From Exceevirus Xc38 (Duplodnaviria > Heunggongvirae > Uroviricota > Caudoviricetes > Schitoviridae), in the IMG/VR virus record IMGVR_UViG_2974723840_000001, positions 15,329 through 79,328 of that record: 64,000 nucleotides of DNA; one strand, written 5' to 3'. The translations under genes and the position numbers were made by a program. The notes beneath the pieces are model-generated. The model saw only the letters and a program-made list of their open reading frames with translations. It ran no database searches and had not been told where the DNA came from. Shown one piece after another: positions 49,107 through 57,196 of the stretch; position 1 is the stretch's first letter; each line of letters starts with the position of its first letter.

Positions 49107-49380
49107 ACTGATTCCAGTTACTGTCTATAAGAACATGTCTACTATCTGCTGTTGGTAGAACCATCAGCTCAAGTACTTGGTCTGTGTTTAATTCAATGAA
49201 GGGAACTTCACTAATAATAAAGCTACTGATTCGTTTTCTCTTTATAAACACTTGGAACACAGGAGCTATATACTTCTTATCAATAAAAGCAGGAAACTTT
49301 CTCTCACTGAGGGTGAACTGGAAACCATGGTTACCAATAAGCTCATGAGCTGTTTCTGCTGTTATGTAAAATGATTCCAC
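49048..49380 (-). CDS. Member of the small early paralogue family.
   Basis: HELIGNHGFQ and DQVLELMVLPTADSRHVL. Confidence 0.5.
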   Translation of the reverse strand: MESFYITAETAHELIGNHGFQFTLSERKFPAFIDKKYIAPVFQVFIKRKRISSFIISEVPFIELNTDQVLELMVLPTADSRHVLIDSNWNQFADVMHSAKLLHEAMCFAH

Positions 49381-49425
49381 AATAATCTCCTACAGAAGAA
49401 AGCCTATCCGAAGATAGGCTATTTG

Positions 49426-50322
49426 TTACTTCACTGCACCTAGGGCACTGAACTTCTCTGGTACGATAACCATAGTATTCAATGTTCCTTTCTCTGCAGC
49501 TTTAAGCAACGCTTGTGATTTGATCAACTCAGCTTCTGCACGTTGTAAATCAATGTATTTCTCTGAAGCATTTTCAGCTAATACACGTTTTACTTCTGTT
49601 TCCACCTTAGCTGTCTCTAGCTCATTCTGCTTTGTTTTCAAAGCGTTCTGGCTATTAACGATTGCTAAAGATGAAGCAACAATTGATGCATGCGGTTTAA
49701 CTTCAAGTACGTTAATTTCATTAACAGTAACGAAGCGGTCTTTACCTGCAAGTTTGAGACGCTTATTAAGTTCATCCTTAATAGCAGCTTCAATTGCTGT
49801 ACGGTTATCATTGACCTCTAATGCCTTGTACTTGCTTACAGCAGTTTGTACAGAAGCATCAGTAATATCACTGATGTATTTACCTAACAGCATTACTTCA
49901 CCATCATTTTCTAAGTTCTGAGATTTCTCAGTCTTATAGGCAATGGCAGCATTTGCAGGAACAATACCGTAGTTGATCTTTGTAACGAAAGCAGCCATAG
50001 GCACTTTCTCTACAGTGATCGGATTGGTTTGAACTGTAAGGATTAGGTTACGTTTGGATACCTTGGTTACATCACCAATTACTACTTGGTGAAAGCCTTG
50101 GTCTAATACCTTGTCTTCAATCTCACCAGAGAATGTAGTACGAATACCAACTTCAGCATCAGTAACTTTGGTTACCGGGCTGCAAGCAGATAAAGCAATT
50201 GACATGGCTACCGCGCAGCCTAATGCGATTTTACGAAGCATCGTTATTTCCTTTACGCTTGTTAATGAACTTATCGACAGTTGAGTACAGCAACCAAATA
50301 AGGAATACAATGGTTCCTCCAA
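49426..50322 (-). CDS. SPFH/band-7 (stomatin/prohibitin-like) domain lipoprotein.
   Basis: A likely start at the internal Met gives the signal peptide MLRKIALGCAVAMSIALSAC with lipobox LSAC. The SPFH-like core is EVGIRTTFSGEI...GFHQVV. The C-terminal region is coiled-coil. The gene overlaps an upstream small membrane protein gene. Confidence 0.55.
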   Translation of the reverse strand: MEEPLYSLFGCCTQLSISSLTSVKEITMLRKIALGCAVAMSIALSACSPVTKVTDAEVGIRTTFSGEIEDKVLDQGFHQVVIGDVTKVSKRNLILTVQTNPITVEKVPMAAFVTKINYGIVPANAAIAYKTEKSQNLENDGEVMLLGKYISDITDASVQTAVSKYKALEVNDNRTAIEAAIKDELNKRLKLAGKDRFVTVNEINVLEVKPHASIVASSLAIVNSQNALKTKQNELETAKVETEVKRVLAENASEKYIDLQRAEAELIKSQALLKAAEKGTLNTMVIVPEKFSALGAVK

Positions 50323-50494
50323 TGATTACGATAGGCCACACAAGGCCGCCTACTACTGTCAATACAAAAGCACAGAACCAAATGAACTCAGTTTCACGTG
50401 AGTCACGAAGTGGAGGGTAGTGTTTAATTAACAGAGCACAAGTAGTGCCAATAAGGATCATGAAGATAATGGTTACTAACCAGTATGCGTTCAT
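50231..50494 (-). CDS. Small polytopic membrane protein; possible NfeD-like partner of the SPFH protein.
   Basis: Two to three TM helices. Immediately upstream of and overlapping the SPFH gene, matching the bacterial nfeD-SPFH operon order. Confidence 0.4.
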   Translation of the reverse strand: MNAYWLVTIIFMILIGTTCALLIKHYPPLRDSRETEFIWFCAFVLTVVGGLVWPIVIIGGTIVFLIWLLYSTVDKFINKRKGNNDAS

Positions 50495-50778
50495 TTCATT
50501 TGTTCCTTCCTGAGAGGGAGTAAGTAACTAGGCCAGGCTTTAGGGTCAAGTAGCATCAAGGCATAGACATCATGAGCTTTAATCTCTACCTCATCAGGAG
50601 GGTTATCTCTCTCTGCTACGGTCATGAGATAAGCAGCCCTAGGATACACATGGTAACCAATAAAGGTACTACCTCTAGTGAATCTGTCATCTGTTTCCCA
50701 ACCCTTACGTATGAACTCAGCAGCTTCTGATTTGCTAATGAATAAAGCCATGGGATAGTTCCTTTTAAATTGACTCAT
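50491..50778 (-). CDS. Hypothetical protein, 95 aa.
   Basis: ORF only. Confidence 0.4.
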   Translation of the reverse strand: MSQFKRNYPMALFISKSEAAEFIRKGWETDDRFTRGSTFIGYHVYPRAAYLMTVAERDNPPDEVEIKAHDVYALMLLDPKAWPSYLLPLRKEQMK

Positions 50779-50867
50779 ACATGGTGGCTGCTCTCATGAG
50801 CTGTGATGGGTCTGTAGTTCACACCACCATGTACTTTAGTTAGTTGATTAGTCTAACTTGTCAAAAC

Positions 50868-51071
50868 TTATTTACCCTGATTAATAGTTACACCAGCAGC
50901 TTTAGATTCATGTTCAGCAATCGTAATACGTGCATTACGCTCTGCTTCAATGTCTTTACGCAACTGAGCAACTTGACCTTCAAGAGTAGCAGCCAATTGA
51001 GCATTTGCTTTTGCTGTAGCAGCGGCTTGTTGTTGAAGAGCGCGAACTGAATTATCAATAATTTGTGACAT
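50868..51071 (-). CDS. Small coiled-coil protein, 67 aa.
   Basis: A/Q-rich helical ORF. Confidence 0.35.
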   Translation of the reverse strand: MSQIIDNSVRALQQQAAATAKANAQLAATLEGQVAQLRKDIEAERNARITIAEHESKAAGVTINQGK

Positions 51072-51911
51072 GGGATTATCCTTTTAAAGTTGTCATCGAA
51101 ATTAAGCAGAATTGCTTAGGTGAACTGTCTAAGTAGGCTAGATAATCCTGCAAGATTAGAGCTAATACCTACCACTGAGTAGTTGCAGCTACTAGTAACA
51201 CCTTGTCACTTCCGTCTTCAGGGGAAGGCAAGATAGCCAGATCAGTTCGCCTAAACAATCATGGTGGCAGAGTTCCCCGGAGTCGAACCGGAATAGATAG
51301 TCATTACACAGTACTTTCAAGCGCTATTATTACTACTGTCTTTATATCTACCGTGCCTAGCCTTCAGTACCTTCGCACACTTACATGCATTTCAGTGTGT
51401 TACGCGATACGGCAACGGAACCCCATAATGGTGAGGGGAGACTTAGCAATTGCAAAAGCATAAGTTGTCTACTCCCCTCATAAGGAGCGGGCCTATGGAT
51501 TCACATAGGGATCATCCCGCATAAAGTGGATACTGGCAGGAATCGAACCTGCGAATGTTTTCTGTCCCACGTTTCGATTTCTCTACTAAGCAGCGCCGTG
51601 ACCATCTGTGGCTACAGTATCCATTAGTTGACCACCTATAAGTGATACACAATTAAGACCTCCTTTGAATATCTTAACTGTCATATAGGTGATCAGTGAA
51701 TCATTCCCTTTGCCATTTACTTGACGCAATTGCCTCTGGAATGTGAGGGATAAAGAGTTGCCGTCTCATTGATCTCTTTATCAACCCCTAATGTCCTACA
51801 GTGTAGGCTTCGGCTTTGGGGAGAATCTGGGTGGCAGTTTTTATACAGCTTCTGCCAAACTGTTGTTGTACGTCCTTCGGCCATTGTCGGGTGAGGTGAC
51901 CTTCTCGTACA
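51072..51911 (-). ncRNA. ORF-free, about 840 nt, structured region containing tRNA-like T-arm elements on the minus strand; candidate tRNA-like or other ncRNA locus.
   Basis: Minus-strand GCAGG-UUCGAUU-CCUGC is a perfect T-arm (forward about 51536-51552). A perfect 7-bp acceptor-like pairing GAUACUG/CAGUAUC spans about 51528-51621. A second T-arm UCCGG-UUCGACU-CCGGG is followed by GCCA (forward about 51262-51294). No clean 76-nt cloverleaf could be built by hand. Confidence 0.3.
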
Positions 51912-52115
51912 TTACTTACTAACACCTACAAAAGGAGCTAGATTATCGAGAGCTGTATTAACCTGCTCAGAAGCTGCTTTCAACTTACGTTGATGTTCTT
52001 CTGCTGCTTTGGTTTCAGTTTCGATATCAGCCTTAAGAGCTGTTAATTCTGTGTGAGCCTTTTTAAAGCCAGCCATTGACTTGTTAAAGCGATCACTAAA
52101 GTTACTATTAAACAT
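51912..52115 (-). CDS. Small coiled-coil protein; start reassigned to the ATG at 52115 with the RBS AGGAAATC.
   Basis: The ORF track start is upstream. The internal ATG has a good SD. Confidence 0.4.
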   Translation of the reverse strand: MFNSNFSDRFNKSMAGFKKAHTELTALKADIETETKAAEEHQRKLKAASEQVNTALDNLAPFVGVSK

Positions 52116-52164
52116 CGTGATTTCCTGTTTTGGTTTAAGGGCAAAGCGCAACAGTGACCGAAGG

Positions 52165-52449
52165 TCACTTACGAATGAATGTACTGAGATATGAACAGAT
52201 AGCTTCACTAGGAATTAGAGATAACTCATCCAGGTGACACTTCTTAAAAGAAATGTGTCTACCCATGTTGATTAGACTAGTAGGTAGAATCTCCATTTTC
52301 TGACCATTTTCTGTAAAGCAAAGAGTAAAAAATTTGCTATTAGAAAAGCGATTATAAAAAATGTTTTTACTGTCTCTATTCATGTGATCAAAAAAGAACT
52401 TATTTCTAACATCACTGTCTTTTATTACTATGTATGCAAATGTTTTCAT
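52165..52449 (-). CDS. Member of the small early paralogue family.
   Basis: C-terminal LDELSLIPSEAICSYLSTFI. Confidence 0.45.
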   Translation of the reverse strand: MKTFAYIVIKDSDVRNKFFFDHMNRDSKNIFYNRFSNSKFFTLCFTENGQKMEILPTSLINMGRHISFKKCHLDELSLIPSEAICSYLSTFIRK

Positions 52450-52739
52450 TTAGCGAGTCCTAGTACAAAGTTTAGTTTAGCTTCTGTATTTCTACCTAAG
52501 AGTGCGAAGATACTTCGCAGATCTTCTGGTATAGGTATAGACTTCTTTTCTGTCTTTAACAGGTTAAACACGATTGATTTTTGTTTTGGTTTGACAATCA
52601 GATACTCGTATGTATTCATGTGTCTACCACGAGAACTAAAATTAACATCCCAATCAAGTTCTGAAAAAATATCTAGAACCCAGATCCAGTCTCCTTTTCT
52701 AAGCTCTAACTGTATATAGTTAGGTAGTCCCTGTTCCAT
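52446..52739 (-). CDS. Probable member of the small early paralogue family.
   Basis: C-terminal IPIPEDLRSIFALLGRNTEAKLNFVL. Confidence 0.4.
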   Translation of the reverse strand: MEQGLPNYIQLELRKGDWIWVLDIFSELDWDVNFSSRGRHMNTYEYLIVKPKQKSIVFNLLKTEKKSIPIPEDLRSIFALLGRNTEAKLNFVLGLAK

Positions 52740-53052
52740 CTTTGTATAACTCCTCTAAATAGATAAGAACAGCTTCTTTAGATAAAAGCTCTATCTCCTT
52801 AATTCTGTCTAGGCCTATGTTTGCAAATTTTCTAGACCTAGCTTCTTTAATGGAATAGAAGTCAGCATTAGGATTGTCATCATACAGGGCTACAGATATG
52901 TATGCAGCATTCTGATTAAAGTGAATACAACGAAATCCTTTATCTAATAAAGCACTTCTAAGTTTCATTCTTAGATCTAAGTTACGAAGACAAAACATGT
53001 ACTTCTTAAGCACCTTGGGTTCTCTAATACCATTAATGGCAGATGTAATCAT
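52720..53052 (-). CDS. Member of the small early paralogue family.
   Basis: C-terminal IKEIELLSKEAVLIYLEELY. Confidence 0.45.
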   Translation of the reverse strand: MITSAINGIREPKVLKKYMFCLRNLDLRMKLRSALLDKGFRCIHFNQNAAYISVALYDDNPNADFYSIKEARSRKFANIGLDRIKEIELLSKEAVLIYLEELYKDGTGTT

Positions 53053-53125
53053 AAGTCCTCCTATTGGACGAGAATCATGCCGAATCCTCGTCCTAATAAA
53101 AGGAAAGGGGATTACTCCCCTTTAC

Positions 53126-53779
53126 TTATATCAAAGCAACTAAGCGGATACGTGGCTTTGGTTCATGCTGAGCAGGGCCTTCAGCGCACTCACCAACACA
53201 ATCATCAAAGTTAACTGATTGCTGTGGTGGTGGATTCTGGCGTTCGTATTCAGCACGATAAGCAACTTCTGCTTGTTTACGTTGATATTCAAGTTTAGCT
53301 AGACGATTAGCGTCTTCACGCTGTTTAGTTTCACGCTTAACTTTTTCTACTTTGCGAACCAAGAGATCATCTTGATATGCATGGAACTCAGCAAATAAGC
53401 CTTTCTTCGCATCGAATAAAGATAAGATCTTTTCTTCGTCTGATAAGTCAGATGCGATTACTGCAGCAATTTTGTGAGATAACTCTTCAGCGTTAGAAAG
53501 GATACAGTCTTCAAGAGACATATCACCTACTTTACGAAGAGTACGTGATGCTTGTTCCATTGAGAGATTCTCAACTTCACCTAACACACGGTAATCACCT
53601 TTAGATTCCCAACCTAAAGCACCAAAGATGGGCTTATCTAGGAAGCTAACGAGTACTGATTTACCGTTGGCAGATTGAACAGCAACCCAGTTGTGATGAG
53701 CTGGCAGTTCAACAGTTCCACCCATGTAATCAACTGTACGAACTTCTTCATCTACCATGTTTACTTCAACAAATGACAT
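53126..53779 (-). CDS. Hypothetical protein, 217 aa, with a charged coiled-coil C-terminal half.
   Basis: ORF with KVEKVKRETKQREDANRLAKLEYQRKQAEVAYRAEYER. Confidence 0.45.
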   Translation of the reverse strand: MSFVEVNMVDEEVRTVDYMGGTVELPAHHNWVAVQSANGKSVLVSFLDKPIFGALGWESKGDYRVLGEVENLSMEQASRTLRKVGDMSLEDCILSNAEELSHKIAAVIASDLSDEEKILSLFDAKKGLFAEFHAYQDDLLVRKVEKVKRETKQREDANRLAKLEYQRKQAEVAYRAEYERQNPPPQQSVNFDDCVGECAEGPAQHEPKPRIRLVALI

Positions 53780-53816
53780 ATATTTTTCCTTGGTTTAAAT
53801 TTAAAGAACAAAGCGC

Positions 53817-54092
53817 TCAAGCATCCGAAGGATGCCCAAACATGGATTCAAGCATAATATTAAGAGTTTCAACTGATGGCAGCAACTCAAGTTCAAACAC
53901 TTCCTGTAGGTACAGCACTCTGTGCTCTGGCTTAGGATTGCCTGCAATAGCTCTTCTCTTTTCTGTGTCTAATACTAGACCTAAAAAATCAAAAGAATCC
54001 AAGTCTCTGTATATTACATAGTTGTGCTTTTCTAGCAGTTCTCTAAACCGCTTAATAGGTACAGAGGATCTGCATTGTAAGTAAATAATCAT
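53817..54092 (-). CDS. Member of the small early paralogue family.
   Basis: C-terminal QEVFELELLPSVETLNIMLESMFG. Confidence 0.45.
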   Translation of the reverse strand: MIIYLQCRSSVPIKRFRELLEKHNYVIYRDLDSFDFLGLVLDTEKRRAIAGNPKPEHRVLYLQEVFELELLPSVETLNIMLESMFGHPSDA

Positions 54093-54370
54093 CTTAACAC
54101 CGTATATAAGAGTGGTAGTGTATGAATGTCCTTAAACGTAACTAGCGTAACTGAAGGTACGAAACTATTAATAGCCTTACCTTTACTCCAAGCTGTCTGT
54201 AGAGACTGATCGTCAATCCATAGATATAAGAACCCTTTAGCTGATATAGATGGTGGCATTCCCTCATCAAAGTTAAGGTTCTTAAAAGTACGCATAAGCT
54301 CTTTAATGGCTTTATCGTAGTTATCACTATGTAGAGGTATTAGTACTCGTACTGTCTTTGTTGTCGCCAT
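54089..54370 (-). CDS. Hypothetical small protein, 93 aa.
   Basis: ORF only. Confidence 0.35.
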   Translation of the reverse strand: MATTKTVRVLIPLHSDNYDKAIKELMRTFKNLNFDEGMPPSISAKGFLYLWIDDQSLQTAWSKGKAINSFVPSVTLVTFKDIHTLPLLYTVLR

Positions 54371-54650
54371 TGAATAGTCCTCTTAAGTCAGCACCTAGTC
54401 TATGAGCAAGAATATAGGATGCTAACTCTTCATTAGTGTCTACTAAGTGAATACCTAATATGCTTCGTAGTGATATAAAGTTAGCACTAAGGTTACCTGT
54501 GGTTAGGGAATAGAGCATCAGTTCGTAGTCTGATTTTACATCGTAAGGCATAACATCAGGATAAGGATTATCACCTAAAGCTTTCATAAGCTCTTCCGGT
54601 ACATACTTCTCCATAGGTATACCTATGTATGTGTATTTCATTATGTTCAT
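54327..54650 (-). CDS. Hypothetical small protein, 107 aa; possible divergent family member.
   Basis: ORF with a weak EELASYILAHRLG resemblance. Confidence 0.35.
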   Translation of the reverse strand: MNIMKYTYIGIPMEKYVPEELMKALGDNPYPDVMPYDVKSDYELMLYSLTTGNLSANFISLRSILGIHLVDTNEELASYILAHRLGADLRGLFNGDNKDSTSTNTST

Positions 54651-54653
54651 GGT

Positions 54654-55028
54654 TTATGTATCCTGTCTCTTCTTAACTCCACTCACTAGCTCATCCATAC
54701 ATAGCAGATGCTTATACACGTGTTCAGTTATTAAAAACTCTTCCCATAGATACTCAATACGTGCTTTCGTTGTAGGTAATACAAGCAGGGCAGGTAAGTA
54801 TTTAATACGAATGAATGGATTATCACTACTTACGTAGCTTCTGCCTACTGCAGCATGCGTATTTAGTTGAACACCTATGTATGGAGCAGCTTCAGGAATA
54901 TGCTCTATATAGCTGAAACCAAGTCTACTAAGCTCAGCTATATTTTCAGGATTGTTTGATATAGATACTTCATAGCACATGACTGTCTTTCCTCCCGCTC
55001 TTAGATCGTTAGTTAAAAAATAAAGCAC
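54654..55028 (-). CDS. Member of the small early paralogue family.
   Basis: C-terminal LPALLVLPTTKARIEYLWEEF. Confidence 0.45.
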   Translation of the reverse strand: MLYFLTNDLRAGGKTVMCYEVSISNNPENIAELSRLGFSYIEHIPEAAPYIGVQLNTHAAVGRSYVSSDNPFIRIKYLPALLVLPTTKARIEYLWEEFLITEHVYKHLLCMDELVSGVKKRQDT

Positions 55029-55058
55029 TAAACCCTCCGGAGGAGGGTCAGTGTTTAG

Positions 55059-55409
55059 TTAGTCAAAGTCACAGTGTCCACCTCTAGCTCCATATCGAAT
55101 GGATTTGAGGTATTGGAATCTAGCTTCACGAGTTGGAAGCATAGCTACTTCTAAAGCTATTTCATCCTTGGTTCCCATGTACAACCCTCTTTGAGCAGAC
55201 AGGAAATTAGTCATTGGATAGTAGTAGCAAGTACCACTGAATCCATCCATTGTTGTAAGATACCACAAGCCATCAACATCTAGACCTAAATCAATAAGCT
55301 TTATAGCAGTATCGTATTCAACAGGTATACGTGTGTTATTAATACGAGATAGCTTTATAGAGTCAAGCAACTCTGCAGCTATCTGTTCAGTTACTGGATC
55401 ATAGCTCAT
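55059..55409 (-). CDS. Member of the small early paralogue family.
   Basis: C-terminal DEIALEVAMLPTREARFQYLKSI. Confidence 0.45.
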   Translation of the reverse strand: MSYDPVTEQIAAELLDSIKLSRINNTRIPVEYDTAIKLIDLGLDVDGLWYLTTMDGFSGTCYYYPMTNFLSAQRGLYMGTKDEIALEVAMLPTREARFQYLKSIRYGARGGHCDFD

Positions 55410-55716
55410 TTAGATACACCTCTCTTGCTTCAAGTGTTGGGATGAGTGATACAGCTAACGCCGTATCATCATCAGTATCAGGTATAGCACTAGCACTGGT
55501 GGCTAGTACTACATTTGCTGTGGGTAAGAATATAAAGATGACGTACTCACTCGTATCTCTTAAGAAGATGCGCATCATATGATGCTCTTCCGCTCCTTGT
55601 GTTATTAAGTTGTTTGCACACGCATGGGTTATGTATATACCTCTGAAATTATTCAATAACCAATTAACTGATTGGTTCTTGAGGTTATCTTGTGGTACTT
55701 CTTTAGCAGATTGCAT
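55399..55716 (-). CDS. Member of the small early paralogue family.
   Basis: C-terminal DTALAVSLIPTLEAREVYLNEL. Confidence 0.45.
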   Translation of the reverse strand: MQSAKEVPQDNLKNQSVNWLLNNFRGIYITHACANNLITQGAEEHHMMRIFLRDTSEYVIFIFLPTANVVLATSASAIPDTDDDTALAVSLIPTLEAREVYLNEL

Positions 55717-56296
55717 CTACGTACTCCCATTTAAAACCATAGGCTGATTTATTCTTTCCTTTACACACTAGATGTATGTTAGAGCTTGATTGAGGATCCT
55801 TACCTAATGAACGCATAGCTATTAACACAGATGCGTGTTCAGCTACTATTTCTCCACCCATTGTTAGTTGCCTAACAGGAGTACCATTTGCACCTAGATG
55901 CAACCCTTTTAATTGATCCCTCTTTTGGTTTGAGAGATTCTCTTTAAAGGTTACGAGCTGTAGGTTGTCTAGTGTATATGGTTTAGAACTATCTATACGA
56001 TCACAGCTTGGTTTTAGTTCTTTAAGGTAGGCGCTTGCAACCCAATTGTCATATAGAGTTTGCCAGTTTGGATGTGAGTGTACCCAGTTTCTAAGTTCAT
56101 GCTGTGAGTAGTTAGGCATTGGCCTACCCATGTTACGAGAGGTCATGCGCTGGTTTGAGTACATCATTGTTACTACCCCTTCAGGTGTTTTATTACGCTC
56201 TTGCACTATTAGTGAGCTACATGGTTTACAAGTACCTTTTCCTTTAGAAAAGTTACTTACGTCTTTAGTCAAATTACAACGAGTACATGTTTTCAT
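55703..56296 (-). CDS. HNH endonuclease (HNH_3-like) with an N-terminal Cys4 zinc ribbon.
   Basis: CTRCNLTKDV...CKPC is present. PSCDRIDSSKPYTLDNLQLVTFKENLSNQKR resembles the DRID...N.QLV...N HNH_3 pattern. Confidence 0.5.
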   Translation of the reverse strand: MKTCTRCNLTKDVSNFSKGKGTCKPCSSLIVQERNKTPEGVVTMMYSNQRMTSRNMGRPMPNYSQHELRNWVHSHPNWQTLYDNWVASAYLKELKPSCDRIDSSKPYTLDNLQLVTFKENLSNQKRDQLKGLHLGANGTPVRQLTMGGEIVAEHASVLIAMRSLGKDPQSSSNIHLVCKGKNKSAYGFKWEYVDAIC

Positions 56297-56372
56297 ATCT
56301 ATATCCTAATGAATAAAGGGGATCTTTTAATCCCCTATTATATCTAACTATTTAACAGATGTTAAGTAGTTA

Positions 56373-57196
56373 TCAGCATATCGCATAATTACTATTCCGA
56401 ATAAGATCAGCTAGGTTGTTTGATTTCTTGATGTATTTAACAGGTGACTTAGTGATCTGACCTACGATGAATTGTAGGATGTCAGATTCAGCAAGCTCTG
56501 CCATGATCTCTTTGTACCAGTAACGCACAGTGTCACAATGGTTTGGATGGGCACCAAATGAGTCGTGTACAGTAATTACTGGTGATGAACCAAGTTCTAA
56601 CATCTTACGTAAGGTAGCTTCTAACTTGATTAGTAAGTCAGTAGGAACCTTAGCAGCGTTATCTTTGGTAATAAGATCAATGATAGATACATCAAGCATC
56701 TTAGAAGCGTTGTAGATATTGAGCATGTTCTCAAGCTCTTCATCAACTAATGTAGGTAGGTAAGGTTTTCCGTGCTCACGTAACGTGATCTCGTAAACGA
56801 TACCGCTATATGCTTCAGCTACTTTGTTAGGATCGTAAGCAGCACGGCGAATAACACTACGTAATAGATATCCATCAATAGAGTGAATGGTATTTGCTAC
56901 ATTAGCTAATCCCTTTTCAGTTCCTTGGTTTATATCCACGTATGTAGTGAACGTAGCATGATTTAACTCATCTACTTCTACACGTACTTCTTTCTTCTCA
57001 AGCACTTTAATATTTACATGGAAGTTATCAGGCATCACCCAGTTGTGACTGAGAGCACCTGCTTGCCATGTATCTAGTAATGCACTCATTAGCTCGAATG
57101 CTGCTGGAGCAATAGCGAATGCTGCTTGATAGAATGTAGCTAGTAGTTCACCTTCACCAAATACTTCTTTAGGTACTAAGGTAGAACCATAACCAG
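56373..57196 (-). CDS. N4-like RNA polymerase II large subunit, exon 2 (T7-like RNAP C-terminal palm).
   Basis: T7 motif C VITVHDSFGAHPN is present. The upstream in-frame extension HAGYGSTLVPKEVFGEGEL aligns to T7 AYGSKEFGF (the end of motif B). There is no ATG at its 5' end, consistent with it being a 3' exon. Confidence 0.7.

Noticed and set aside
51203-51463. 86-aa plus-strand ORF in the 51.1-51.9 kb non-coding region.
   Set aside because: It has an opposite orientation to all neighbours and no RBS. It overlaps the T-arm-like RNA structure. The region is more likely non-coding.
51262-51621. Calling bona fide tRNA genes from the two T-arm motifs.
   Set aside because: I could not assemble a standard cloverleaf by hand. 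The acceptor pairing for the second T-arm encloses 94 nt with no clear D or anticodon arms. No 5' acceptor strand was found for the first. They are reported as tRNA-like elements rather than tRNA features.
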